Source: an archaeon (GTDB lineage: Archaea > Nanobdellota > Nanobdellia > Woesearchaeales > GW2011-AR9). From it: a stretch of DNA of 64,000 nt. The notes under the pieces were generated by a model, which did not search any database, was not told the origin of the DNA, and worked only from the letters and a program-made list of their open reading frames with translations. The stretch lies in NCBI GenBank assembly GCA_018670085.1, contig JABHRS010000022.1, positions 3,992 through 67,991 of the forward strand, in the 5' to 3' direction. Below, one piece after another: positions 1 through 9,879 of the stretch (its first letter is position 1; each line of letters opens with the position of its first letter). The translations under genes were made by a program, and so were the position numbers.

Positions 1-464
1 TACTCAGCTTTTTCTAAGGATTTACCAAGAGAATTCATATGTGATAACTCTGAATGCAAATCTTTTAATTCACCTAAAATTCTTTTGTACTGAAGTACTT
101 GAATATATTTATAATCTTGAGAAGACCTTCTAGAAGCTACCCTTGGAGTTGTAGGTAAGCCAGTTCCTAGTGGTTGAACTGGTATTGGGCCTGATTCTTG
201 ATCCACCATATCATCATGAGGTGCTGTACCAGAATCTAATTGACCCCAAACATCAGTGTCTAAAGCATCAGGACTGTCACCCATCCCCATAACATTTGGA
301 TTGTCCATCCCAATTGAAGTTGAATCCAAACCTGCAGCTTCTTTGAACTGATCTGGTTTTAAAATAGTGCCCTCAGAATTGTTTGTTCCAAAACTCAGTG
401 ATTTATCATCTTGCAAACTAGAAATTACTCTTTTCTTTTTTTTACGACCAAATAACCATCCCAT
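1..464 (-). CDS. hypothetical protein, N-terminal part only (C-terminus lies beyond the left edge)
   Basis: Uninterrupted reverse-strand frame from ATG (462-464) to the window edge; absent from the ORF track because no stop lies in the window. Begins MGWLFGRKKKKRVISSLQDDKSLSFG, continues Gly/Asp/Pro-rich and ends in a heptad-like stretch (ILGELKDLHSELSHMNSLGKSLEKAE). No family recognised. Confidence 0.4.
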   Translation of the reverse strand, partial: MGWLFGRKKKKRVISSLQDDKSLSFGTNNSEGTILKPDQFKEAAGLDSTSIGMDNPNVMGMGDSPDALDTDVWGQLDSGTAPHDDMVDQESGPIPVQPLGTGLPTTPRVASRRSSQDYKYIQVLQYKRILGELKDLHSELSHMNSLGKSLEKAE

Positions 465-1044
465 ATTAAAAGGAATAAACGCAAGATTGCTTTTAAAACT
501 TTGTTGAGTATTTCAGAATAGTAACATAAGATAATATAGTTTACTTTATGCTCCTTTTTGGTATCTTAGCTGCTTTTTCCCACATGTTTTCAAAATAATT
601 TTCCAAGACAGAAATTAAGTTTTTGTTTTTACTGATTAGATTCAATCTTTCTTCTTGGTTCCTAAAATCATCAACACCCAAAATAAACTCAGAATCGTCT
701 TTTACCAAAAAAGAAAGAAGTGCCGCCATTTGTTGCCTCAAAAATTGCAGAATATGGGTTTCAATTAACAGAAGCACATATTGTTGGATTGAAACATGTC
801 GAAGGAGAGAAAGATGACTATTCTCCAAAAAGAAGAACTCAAACTCCACTTGCAGCATTTGCACACATCTGTGATACATGGAGTGCTAGAGGGTGGCCAA
901 ACTTTCCAGCTACAGAAAATGATCCTTGGAAACATGGTTCTTGAACCTGAGTATGTTAATATAATCGACTCAGTGCATGAGTGATATACCTACATTTTCC
1001 CCTAATGCGGAGCCAATATTAACAAACTCATTCCTAGGATTTTT

Positions 1045-2847
1045 ATGGTGGATTGGAAAAAAAATCTCTGGGGATCAATAGCGTTTTTATTTTTATTTTG
1101 TCTTTTCATCCCTGCTGCACTGTCTTTTGTAGAAATAAATGAATTAATGTACAACCCAATTGATTGTAGTGATAGTAAATGTGAATGGATTGAATTATAT
1201 AACCCATTGAATGAAACTGTATCTCTTGAAAATTGTAGCATTGACTCAAAACAGATTGGAAACCACAATATCAGTAATCAAAGTTATGTGATCTTGGTTC
1301 GTGACAGAGAAAACTTTATTGGTAATTTTGGTTATAATAATGATAGTCCGATTATTGAAATGTCATTTAGTTTATCAAATAGTGGAGAAAATTTGGTTTT
1401 GGAAGGATCTGATTTTTGTAATGACTCGATAAATTATTCTACTCAGATTGATACTGCAAATGGGAATAATTATAGTTTAGAGAAGTTTAATGAGAATTAT
1501 TGGAACAAATCTTTTGATTTTGGAGGGAGCGCTGGTTCAGTTAATTCAATTTTGACACAAGAGGATGTTCTGATAATTAATGAGAGCAATAATTCTTCTG
1601 ATTTAAATGGTTCAACAGATAGATGCGACTTTGATTTACAACTTTATTTGAACAATAGTTTAACCTCGTCAACTGATTTTGCATTTTCAGTTGCAGTTCA
1701 AGATAATTTTGATAGTGAAAATAATGTAACCAATAGTTCACACTCAATTGTTGGAAAAATTATAAACTTTGATGGACAAATAATCAAAGAATATTATCCT
1801 TTGACAAATCAAAGTTACAATAAGTTAGAATCTTTTTATTATAGTCCTAATTTGGAAAATGGGATCTATTTTTTAAATTTTGAAGTTGAAGACATAAACT
1901 GCAATGATAGTGATAAGTATAACAACAAAAAATCAGGAATTTTTGCAATCAGTTCTGAGATTAGTGAGCAGATAAATTTGTCAAATGCACTTCCTCAATT
2001 ATGTGCTACTGAATTAGGAACAGAAAACACTGAACCAGTTCAAGAGGTGGGCCAAACAGATTCTGGTGGAGGGCATGGAAGTAATGGTGATAGAGTTAGT
2101 GATACAAATAACTCTGGAGATTCGAGTGAATCCATTCATTCAAATAGTAGTTTGATGATAGACAAATTTGATAACGAATATCAATTTCTAGAAGTGCCAA
2201 ATAAAGTATATGAAAATGAAAAAATTGATTTGGAAATTGCAGTTAAATCAATGGATAATAGTGCACATGACTATTTGGCTCACGCTTATCTTTACAAAGG
2301 AGCTTTTTGTTATTCTTGTAACAATAAAAGTTTGGAGCGTGATGAAAATAAAATCTCTTTTTCAGTTGCTGTTGATGAAGTTAATTACCAAAAATTTGAG
2401 TTGATTTTAGATAAAGAGATCAATCCAGGAGACTATAAAATAAAAGTTAAATTTCAAAAGGATGACCGCAAAACATTTGATGAGATTACAACAAATATTT
2501 CCATTGTCAAAAGAGAAGAGATAATGGAAAATGTTAGTAATGGTTCAGAAAATAGTACAGAAGTATTGGATTTGACTGCATTTGATCTGCCTGATAAACA
2601 ACAAAATAGCGATACTGGGTCGACTGTAGATTTGATTGAAAGTGAAGAATCAAGTGAGGATGGTAATGAATCTGCTACAAGTGAACCCAACACTAGTTCA
2701 AGCTCATTTGGTTCTAGAATAACTGGTGCAATCACAAACCCCTTGGTTTATCAATCAACAGGGAGTAGGGCGAAACTATTGGTTCCAGGATTAATTATTG
2801 TTAGTTGTTTGGTGATGATGATCTTAGTTTGGAAGAAAAAGTTCTGA
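1045..2847 (+). CDS. anchored surface protein with lamin-tail-domain (LTD)-like N-terminal module
   Basis: N-terminal hydrophobic signal (IAFLFLFCLFIPAALS). FVEINELMYNP...CEWIELYNP...SLSNSGENLVLEG fits the LTD pattern. About 25-28 N-x-S/T sequons by eye, a Ser/Glu-rich stalk, and a C-terminal TM helix plus KKKF. Confidence 0.6.
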   Translation: MVDWKKNLWGSIAFLFLFCLFIPAALSFVEINELMYNPIDCSDSKCEWIELYNPLNETVSLENCSIDSKQIGNHNISNQSYVILVRDRENFIGNFGYNNDSPIIEMSFSLSNSGENLVLEGSDFCNDSINYSTQIDTANGNNYSLEKFNENYWNKSFDFGGSAGSVNSILTQEDVLIINESNNSSDLNGSTDRCDFDLQLYLNNSLTSSTDFAFSVAVQDNFDSENNVTNSSHSIVGKIINFDGQIIKEYYPLTNQSYNKLESFYYSPNLENGIYFLNFEVEDINCNDSDKYNNKKSGIFAISSEISEQINLSNALPQLCATELGTENTEPVQEVGQTDSGGGHGSNGDRVSDTNNSGDSSESIHSNSSLMIDKFDNEYQFLEVPNKVYENEKIDLEIAVKSMDNSAHDYLAHAYLYKGAFCYSCNNKSLERDENKISFSVAVDEVNYQKFELILDKEINPGDYKIKVKFQKDDRKTFDEITTNISIVKREEIMENVSNGSENSTEVLDLTAFDLPDKQQNSDTGSTVDLIESEESSEDGNESATSEPNTSSSSFGSRITGAITNPLVYQSTGSRAKLLVPGLIIVSCLVMMILVWKKKF

Positions 2848-2910
2848 TGATTCTTTTTACAGAGATATTTCGTAGAAATCCTTAAAAAGAGTTCTTTAAA
2901 TAGAGTTATT

Positions 2911-3483
2911 ATGACAACTATTGAGTATGGGGCAACAATTGAAGTTTTAGGGAAACCGAAGGAACATGTAGAAGGGATGTTGAAGTCAATTTTACAAAAG
3001 CTCAAAGAAGATGATAGATTCATTCTAAAGGAATCAAAAGTGCATGAAGCTACATTGCAAGAAGGGACTGAATTATTTGCAACATTTATGGAAGTAGAAT
3101 TAAAAACTGAAGGTGTTGATAACATCACTGGTTTTTGTTTTGATTTTATGCCCTCTTCTATTGAAATCGCAGCGCCTTCAGAATTAAAACTGAGTGCTGC
3201 AGATTACAGTGCATACCTGAATGATTTGCAAGCAAAGTTACATCAAGTCGACATGCTCGCAAAACAGATGAAAATGGAGCGAGATATGAACGCGAGTAAC
3301 CTGGCTGCACTCCTGAAGAACAATATTTTAGTTTTGTTGAATAATAACAAATTAACAATTGAACAACTTGCTGGGTTTACTGGAGTCAACGCAGATAAAT
3401 TAGCAGATTATTTGGACAAATTAATTGATATGGGCAAAATTGATTTAGATGGAGAGAAGTATACTAGAATTCAAGGCGTTTAA
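2911..3483 (+). CDS. hypothetical protein with C-terminal winged-helix-like segment
   Basis: 190-aa ORF with protein-like composition. C-terminal LTIEQLAGFTGVNADKLADYLDKLIDMGKIDLDGEKY looks like a wHTH. No family recognised. Confidence 0.5.
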   Translation: MTTIEYGATIEVLGKPKEHVEGMLKSILQKLKEDDRFILKESKVHEATLQEGTELFATFMEVELKTEGVDNITGFCFDFMPSSIEIAAPSELKLSAADYSAYLNDLQAKLHQVDMLAKQMKMERDMNASNLAALLKNNILVLLNNNKLTIEQLAGFTGVNADKLADYLDKLIDMGKIDLDGEKYTRIQGV

Positions 3484-3546
3484 TGATTGATATTTTTTAT
3501 TTTTATTTGTTTGATTAAAAATATTTCTGTAGTTGATGAAAGTGAT

Positions 3547-4218
3547 TCAAACTAATTGATCTTCATCAATAACAGAGTCACCAACTGTGGTATCATCACT
3601 TTTAGCTGCAAGCATTGCAGCCTCTATTTCGTTTCTGGTAATAGCGTCTTTTTGATGCGCTTCTTGCATTCGCTCAACTTCATCAATTTCTTTATCGAGT
3701 GCATCTGCCTCATTTAGAATTTCATCTGGAACTTGTTCTAAAAATGCTTTCTTAGCTTCTTCACTTGGAAGATCAAAATATTGAAAGAATTTTTTGGTTA
3801 ATCTTACCCGATAAGTTCGGCCAAAACGCTCTTTGATTATGAAACCTTGTTCGACTAATTCACGCATATGTTCATACGCAGATGAACCCCTCATCTTCAC
3901 AATTTCAGATTGGACAACAGGATATTTCCAAGCAATTACTGCCAAGGTTTGCATTAGTGCACCATCAATTTCTGTTGATTCTACAATACTACTTACAAGT
4001 GGAATGTATGCATCACGCACAGTCAACTTCCACATCCCGTCCTCGCGATGATTAATTTGTAGAGAATGATCTCTTTGAGCGTATTCTGTTTGAAGAATGA
4101 CCAATTGTTCTTCGACTTGAACAATTTCAGATTCAGTAAGCGATGCGATTTTTTCTGGGCTAATCTCTTTTCCTACCGCAAATAGTACTGCTTCGATTTT
4201 TAGTTTTAATTCTTCCAT
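3547..4218 (-). CDS. scpB: segregation and condensation protein B (ScpB)
   Basis: N-terminal LKIEAVLFAVGKEISPEKIA motif. Length and double winged-helix layout are typical of ScpB; acidic C-terminal tail. Confidence 0.75.
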   Translation of the reverse strand: MEELKLKIEAVLFAVGKEISPEKIASLTESEIVQVEEQLVILQTEYAQRDHSLQINHREDGMWKLTVRDAYIPLVSSIVESTEIDGALMQTLAVIAWKYPVVQSEIVKMRGSSAYEHMRELVEQGFIIKERFGRTYRVRLTKKFFQYFDLPSEEAKKAFLEQVPDEILNEADALDKEIDEVERMQEAHQKDAITRNEIEAAMLAAKSDDTTVGDSVIDEDQLV

Positions 4219-4446
4219 TATTTCAAAATTGGGAGTCTAAATTAGCTTTTAAATCTTGTGGCAAATAATCAATTTATTGTGGATCTGTTGAGTGAATTTT
4301 TGGAAAATGAGAGAATAAAAGTTTTTTGTGAATAATTATCACCCAATCACCACAACCTTTATAAAGTAATTTCGGCCAGTTTTGATATATAAATAAAGTC
4401 TGTTTTATAGAGGAAAAGACTGAAAAACTATTTTAAAATAACAAAA

Positions 4447-7161
4447 ATGTCAGACCAAAATTCTCCACAAAATCCTTCGACTGAAGACGCGGTTATTGCC
4501 GAAGTATCAGTTGTAGAAAATGTTGCGATCACTGAAGAAAATCAAGAAGAACACGAAGGTGAATCTTATGATAGGATCATCCCGAATCTAATTCAAGATG
4601 AAATGAAAAAGGCATACATTAGTTATGCTATGGCTGTGATTGTTGGCCGTGCACTCCCAGATGTGCGCGATGGATTAAAACCAGTTCATCGGCGAATTTT
4701 GTATGCAATGCAAGACCTTGGGATGTACCACAATAAGGCATCAAAAAAATGTGCAAGAATTGTAGGGGAAGTTCTGGGTAAATATCACCCGCATGGTGAC
4801 ACTGCAGTATATGATGCATTGGTTAGAATGGCTCAAGATTTTTCTTTACGTTATCCATTAATTAAAGGTCAAGGGAATTTTGGTTCAGTTGATGGTGATA
4901 ACGCTGCGGCTATGAGGTACACTGAAGCAAAACTAAGTAAACTTGCTGAAGACTTACTTGAAGACCTTAGTAAAGACACAGTTGATTGGAGAAATAATTT
5001 TGATGACTCTCTTAAGGAGCCTGCAGTTCTTCCAAGTAAAATTCCAAACTTATTGATGAATGGGAGTAGTGGGATTGCAGTTGGAATGGCAACTAACATT
5101 CCACCCCATAATTTGACTGAACTATGTACTGCAATTGTTGCATTAATTGATAATCCTGAATTAGAACTTGACGAATTAATTAAAATTATCCCTGGGCCTG
5201 ATTTTCCAACTGGAGCAGATGTTTATGTTGGAGGTAGCTTGAAGGCAGCATACGCAACAGGAAGAGGAAGAGTGATTATTAAATCCGTTGCCACAATTGA
5301 AGATGAAAAAAGAAAAATTATTGTTTCAGAACTTCCTTACCAAGTTAACAAATCTAATTTGATTAAACAGATTGCGGACCTGGTGAAGGACAAAAGAGTT
5401 CAAGGTATTCGAAATATTAATGATGAGTCTGACCGTGATGGGATTAGGGTTGTAATTGATTTGAAAAAAGATGCTGATTCTGCTGTAGTGTTAAACCAAC
5501 TCTACAAATTTTCTAATTTGAAAACTTCATTTAGTTTGAACATGCTGGCGTTAGTTGATAACGCGCCGAGACTTTTGAGTATTAAACAATTTCTTGAAGA
5601 ATATATTAAACACCGGAAAGAAGTTGTAACAAGAAGAACACAATACGAACTTAATGAAGCTGAAAAAAGATTACATATTCTTGATGGTCTTTTAATCGCA
5701 TTAACTAACTTGGATGCGATTATCCCAGCTATTCGTGGCAGTCGCACTGTTGAAGATGCGCGAAATTATCTGATTTCAAATTTTGAACTGTCAGAAATTC
5801 AAGCAAGAGCTATCTTGGATTTGAAATTACAAAAATTAGCTGGTCTTGAAAGAGAAAAGATTTCAGGAGAACATGCTGAACTGATGAAAATTGTGGAAAC
5901 TTTGAGAGGTATTTTGGCTTCTGAGGAAAAAATTTATTCTATCATTAAAGAAGAGATTGGTGAAGTTTCTGAAAAGTATGGTGGACCAAGACGTAGTAAA
6001 ATTGTCTTCAACGAAGACGATACTTTAGATATTGAAGATTTGATTGAGGAAGAAACAGTTGTTTTAACTAAAACAAACAGTGGTTATCTGAAAAGAATCT
6101 CTCTTGATGCTTACAGAACTCAAGGACGTGGCGGAAAAGGAGTTGTTGCAACTAACATGAAAGATGGAGACTTTATTGATGATGTATTTGTCTGCTCAAC
6201 TCATGCATGGTTATTATTATTTACTAGTTTTGGAAAAGTTCATTGGATTAAAACTTACCATATCCCTGTAGGTTCTCGTCAATCGCGCGGAAAACATATT
6301 TCTAATATTGTAGAATTTAGAGAAGGTGAAACAATTAGTGCGCTAATTCCAGTTGCATCACTTGAAGAAGAAAATGTTGAAGGGTATGTAGTTATGGCAA
6401 CTGCTAGTGGGACCATCAAAAAAACAGAACTGTCTTCGTTCTCCAAACCGAGGAAAGGTGGAATTAGAGCGATTCAGCTATTAGAAGATGATTCTTTAAT
6501 CGGAGCGAAAGTTAGTTCTGGTGGAGACAATATTATCTTGGTTACAAAGAAGGGGCTTGCTAATCGATTTAGCGAGATTACAGTTAGAGCGATGGGAAGG
6601 AGCGCTCGCGGAGTTAGAGGGATCAGGTTAAAAGAAAACGACAAAGTAGTATCAGTTCTAGTTTCTAATGAAACTTCAGAAGTACTAACTATCACAAAGA
6701 AAGGTTATGGTAAACGGAGCGTAGTTACAGATTACCGACTTTGTAATCGTGGCGGGAGAGGAGTAATTAATCTAAAAGTTACTGATAAAAATGGGCCTGT
6801 TGTGGATGCAAAATTAGTTACAGGCGATGAACAATTAATGTTAATGAGTAAAGAGGGGATTGCAATTAGAATTGCAGTGACTGGAGTTCCGACAATTGGT
6901 AGGTCAACTCAAGGTGTTAGAGTTATGCGATTTAAACGAGAAGACGATATGGTTGCAGCTGTTGCAATAATCAGATCAGAACATATTTCTGAAGACAGTG
7001 AAGATATAGATGAAAATGATGTTGAAGGTGTAGAAAAAAAAGAGACTTTAGAGATTGAGAGTTCAGTTGATAATGAATCAGCAGTACAAATCGAAGAAGA
7101 GGAAGCGGTGGAAAATTCAGAACAGACAGAGGAAGCCCCAGAAAATGAGCCTAGTGAATAA
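4447..7161 (+). CDS. gyrA: DNA gyrase subunit A
   Basis: [19 protein letters not shown], catalytic-tyrosine motif [11 protein letters not shown]-terminal pinwheel repeats carry QGRGGKG / NRGGRG motifs. Acidic N-terminal (~40 aa) and C-terminal (~60 aa) tails. Confidence 0.95.
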   Translation: MSDQNSPQNPSTEDAVIAEVSVVENVAITEENQEEHEGESYDRIIPNLIQDEMKKAYISYAMAVIVGRALPDVRDGLKPVHRRILYAMQDLGMYHNKASKKCARIVGEVLGKYHPHGDTAVYDALVRMAQDFSLRYPLIKGQGNFGSVDGDNAAAMRYTEAKLSKLAEDLLEDLSKDTVDWRNNFDDSLKEPAVLPSKIPNLLMNGSSGIAVGMATNIPPHNLTELCTAIVALIDNPELELDELIKIIPGPDFPTGADVYVGGSLKAAYATGRGRVIIKSVATIEDEKRKIIVSELPYQVNKSNLIKQIADLVKDKRVQGIRNINDESDRDGIRVVIDLKKDADSAVVLNQLYKFSNLKTSFSLNMLALVDNAPRLLSIKQFLEEYIKHRKEVVTRRTQYELNEAEKRLHILDGLLIALTNLDAIIPAIRGSRTVEDARNYLISNFELSEIQARAILDLKLQKLAGLEREKISGEHAELMKIVETLRGILASEEKIYSIIKEEIGEVSEKYGGPRRSKIVFNEDDTLDIEDLIEEETVVLTKTNSGYLKRISLDAYRTQGRGGKGVVATNMKDGDFIDDVFVCSTHAWLLLFTSFGKVHWIKTYHIPVGSRQSRGKHISNIVEFREGETISALIPVASLEEENVEGYVVMATASGTIKKTELSSFSKPRKGGIRAIQLLEDDSLIGAKVSSGGDNIILVTKKGLANRFSEITVRAMGRSARGVRGIRLKENDKVVSVLVSNETSEVLTITKKGYGKRSVVTDYRLCNRGGRGVINLKVTDKNGPVVDAKLVTGDEQLMLMSKEGIAIRIAVTGVPTIGRSTQGVRVMRFKREDDMVAAVAIIRSEHISEDSEDIDENDVEGVEKKETLEIESSVDNESAVQIEEEEAVENSEQTEEAPENEPSE

Positions 7162-8302
7162 TAATTCTAATGAGATTAATTCTTATATCGCACTTTGTAA
7201 GCCCGGATTGGCTGAGTATTGTAATAAAGAATTAGAAGAATTTCAACAGCAAATTGAAATTACTAATATTTTGAAAGATACTGAGTCGGTTGTTTTTTCT
7301 CTTAAGAATAAAGATTTGTTAGAAGTTTTTCAAAAAATATCTATTAGTTATTCTCTCTCAAAATTGATCTGGCAAGGAGAAGACCCAGAACTTGTAAACT
7401 CTTTAGATGTTGAAACTGTTAAAAAATTGATTTTGGACATAGTTGATTTTTCAAACACTGAAAAAAAGGAAAGTTATAATTTCAGGGTTTTATGTGAAGG
7501 TATCTCTGGGAATGAAAATAGAATCCAGTACTGTTCAATTGTTCAAAAAGCCTTAACTATTTTATTTGGAAAACAGGGTATTAAACTGGTTGTTGATTAT
7601 AAAAATCCAGAATTTGTTTTTTCTTTAAGTTTGGAAGATGCTACAAAAACTAAAAAATTCTCATTAGGATTGAAATTGCATCAAAAAGAATTAGATAAAC
7701 GTGAATGGAGAGTTTATACTCACAAGGCTTCGTTTAGAGGTGATTTTGCAAGTACTATTTGTCAATTGGCAGAGATTAAAAAAGGAGATTCGACCTTATT
7801 CTTGTTTTGCCGAGATGGAGCAATAGCTATTGAATCTGCCCTTCAAAAAAATAACTTCCCAATCAGAGAAGTTTCGAAAAGCTTGAGAAATTATGTCACT
7901 AGTGAAAGTGTTATGACTAAGGAAAAAATTAATCAAGATACACAGAAAATCATCTGCCTTGACGATGCAGGTTCTAACATTAGGGCAGCTGTTAATAATG
8001 CCAAAATGGCAGGGGTTAATCACAAACTAAAGTTTGAACTTGTTCAATTGGATGAAGTGGATTTTACTTTAGATGAGCAGAGCATAGACACCGCAATTGT
8101 TCATATCACTGGAAAGGATGAAAAAAGGATTAATGAAATTTTTTCCCAGTTAAACAAAATTCTAAAATCAGGGGCAAAGGTTTTATTCATCACCCGGTCA
8201 GGATTTGAAATTGAAGGAGATTCTACTTTTTCATTAAAATGGTATAAACAAATTTTACGGGGAAGTGGCTTTATTCCGCTCTCTTTACTGATTAAAAATT
8301 AG
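7145..8302 (+). CDS. THUMP-type RNA methyltransferase-like protein (Trm14/COG0116-like) with degenerate SAM and catalytic motifs
   Basis: The track ORF starts at 7055 inside gyrA; the ATG at 7145 (MSLVNNN) is the plausible start. The layout resembles THUMP plus a Rossmann methylase ([30 protein letters not shown]...IESAL). The expected DPxCGSGT is FLFCRDGA and the expected NPPYG is VHITGKD. Confidence 0.5.
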   Translation: MSLVNNNSNEINSYIALCKPGLAEYCNKELEEFQQQIEITNILKDTESVVFSLKNKDLLEVFQKISISYSLSKLIWQGEDPELVNSLDVETVKKLILDIVDFSNTEKKESYNFRVLCEGISGNENRIQYCSIVQKALTILFGKQGIKLVVDYKNPEFVFSLSLEDATKTKKFSLGLKLHQKELDKREWRVYTHKASFRGDFASTICQLAEIKKGDSTLFLFCRDGAIAIESALQKNNFPIREVSKSLRNYVTSESVMTKEKINQDTQKIICLDDAGSNIRAAVNNAKMAGVNHKLKFELVQLDEVDFTLDEQSIDTAIVHITGKDEKRINEIFSQLNKILKSGAKVLFITRSGFEIEGDSTFSLKWYKQILRGSGFIPLSLLIKN

Positions 8303-8419
8303 ACCATTTTGTTTGAAAAATTGTCAAATCTAATGTTTATACACAGAATACTGACAAAATAACTGTTTTTGAGTTTCTAAGATCGAAAACTTTAGTAAAC
8401 TTTAATAAGTTCTTTTTCT

Positions 8420-9160
8420 ATGTTTATAGTTATGATCATGAATGAAGAATGGGCTGCGAGAATCCGTGATTTTTTTAGATTTTCAAGAGAAGAGATGATC
8501 TCTCTTGGAGTTGTTATTTTAATAGGTGGTTTTCTGTTCTCACTTCGTTTTCCAGGAGAAATTTTTACAATCCAGAGCTGGACATACCATTTTATCTTAG
8601 CAGCATTGGTTGCTGCAATTAGTATTGTAATTAAAACTGCATCACAAAAAATGCAGGCACTCAAACATGGATATTATGCTGAGTTTCATATTGTTTGGAT
8701 AGCAGTGATTGCGTCACTTTTGATTGGGATTTTTAGTCGAGGATATCTACCAGTGTTATTTTTTGGTGCTATTTCAACTAGTTTTATGGTTCGTCAAAGA
8801 TTAGGAGAATTTAGATATGGGTATTCTTTTGAAGACAACGCGAATTTGATTTTAAATGGAATAACTACTTGTTTAACCTTGGCAACAATATTTGCATTAG
8901 GCTCTTTTTTGTTCCCAGACAGTTATTTTTTCACTACAGGAATTATTTTTAATTTGGTTCTTGCTGCATGTACATTAGTTCCAATTCCGAAAATGGATGG
9001 TTTAGCATTACTTTTTGGAAGTAAGTTCTTATTCACAGTTGGAGTTGGATCAGTGATTTTATACAGTCTTTTATTATTATCAGGGACTAAAATAGGATTA
9101 GTTCTTGCGATCATGATCGGAGTTATTAACAAAATTGTTAGTCTACTTTGGACTGCATAA
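8420..9160 (+). CDS. polytopic membrane protein, site-2-protease (M50)-like but lacking HExxH
   Basis: About 7 TM helices. FNLVLAACTLVPIPKMDGLALLFG resembles the M50 NxxPxxxLDG motif. The position where HExxH is expected reads KTASQ. Confidence 0.5.
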   Translation: MFIVMIMNEEWAARIRDFFRFSREEMISLGVVILIGGFLFSLRFPGEIFTIQSWTYHFILAALVAAISIVIKTASQKMQALKHGYYAEFHIVWIAVIASLLIGIFSRGYLPVLFFGAISTSFMVRQRLGEFRYGYSFEDNANLILNGITTCLTLATIFALGSFLFPDSYFFTTGIIFNLVLAACTLVPIPKMDGLALLFGSKFLFTVGVGSVILYSLLLLSGTKIGLVLAIMIGVINKIVSLLWTA

Positions 9161-9174
9161 GAGAGGTGTTAAAG

Positions 9175-9528
9175 ATGGGAAAAAATGGTATTGATTTAGT
9201 TGCGTTTTGGCCAGAATATTTGGCTGGTGCAGTTCTATGTTTAGGATTTTTACTTGCATTATTCTCTCAAAGCCCAGTAGTTGCGATATTCACAACTGTT
9301 TGTATAGGCGCGGTTGCCGCTAGAGTGTTTTTTGTAAAAAGGGCTGAACAGCCAATTGGACCATTTGTGTTAATCATCTCTGCACTTGCAGTAGGTTTAA
9401 TTTCAGGGATGTTTTTTGTGAATCGGATCTTGATTATGGTTTTGTTTTTGGGGAGCTTTGCAATTTCATATTACTTGCATGACAAAAAAATCATCAAAAC
9501 GTTTAAAAGTAAGGCCTTCTTAAAGTGA
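9175..9528 (+). CDS. small integral membrane protein
   Basis: Track ORF 9148-9528. The ATG at 9175 is preceded by GAGGTG (9161-9168) right after the upstream stop. 3-4 hydrophobic helices. Confidence 0.5.
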   Translation: MGKNGIDLVAFWPEYLAGAVLCLGFLLALFSQSPVVAIFTTVCIGAVAARVFFVKRAEQPIGPFVLIISALAVGLISGMFFVNRILIMVLFLGSFAISYYLHDKKIIKTFKSKAFLK

Positions 9529-9531
9529 GTT

Positions 9532-9828
9532 ATGATAGAAGTTAGCTGTAAAAGTATTGTTGTGAGTCGAAAGCCAGGTAAAGATAAAGATGGCCTTTGG
9601 ACTGCACTAATTGGATTATTTGATGAGAATAACCCTCACTTGAAAGCTAAAGTACCTTTTAAATCTCTAGAATTCGAAGATATGATTAAAGTTAGATTTC
9701 GAGACTTGCGTAATATTAGCCTATATTTAATGGGCAATGATTTAGTAATTAATAACCTAATTAGTTTGCAAGTTGAAGTTGATGAAGGGAAAAGAATTCT
9801 AACCTTAAGTGGCGAGCAAGAGTTGTAA
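9532..9828 (+). CDS. hypothetical protein
   Basis: 98-aa ORF starting 4 nt after the previous stop, with protein-like composition. No family recognised. Confidence 0.4.
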   Translation: MIEVSCKSIVVSRKPGKDKDGLWTALIGLFDENNPHLKAKVPFKSLEFEDMIKVRFRDLRNISLYLMGNDLVINNLISLQVEVDEGKRILTLSGEQEL

Positions 9829-9840
9829 TAATTGTAAGTT

Positions 9841-9876
9841 CTTTTTTAATTCGTTAATGTTCTTTATAACATTAAA
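9841..9876. terminator. T-run plus 8-bp hairpin between convergent genes
   Basis: T6 run at 9842-9847. Inverted repeat TTAATGTT (9854-9861) / AACATTAA (9868-9875) with a 6-nt loop, sitting between the stop at 9828 (+) and the stop at 9880 (-). Confidence 0.25.
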
Positions 9877-9879
9877 CTC

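Noticed and set aside
7055-7144. 5' extension of the 7055-8302 ORF, and similar long 5' extensions at 22761, 37955, 55698, 56695, 57071 and 57898
   Set aside because: These extensions overlap the preceding gene or a divergent gene, often start at non-ATG codons, and have unprotein-like basic or low-complexity sequence. Internal ATGs with RBS-like GGAGG/GGTG or TATA signals give sensible N-termini.
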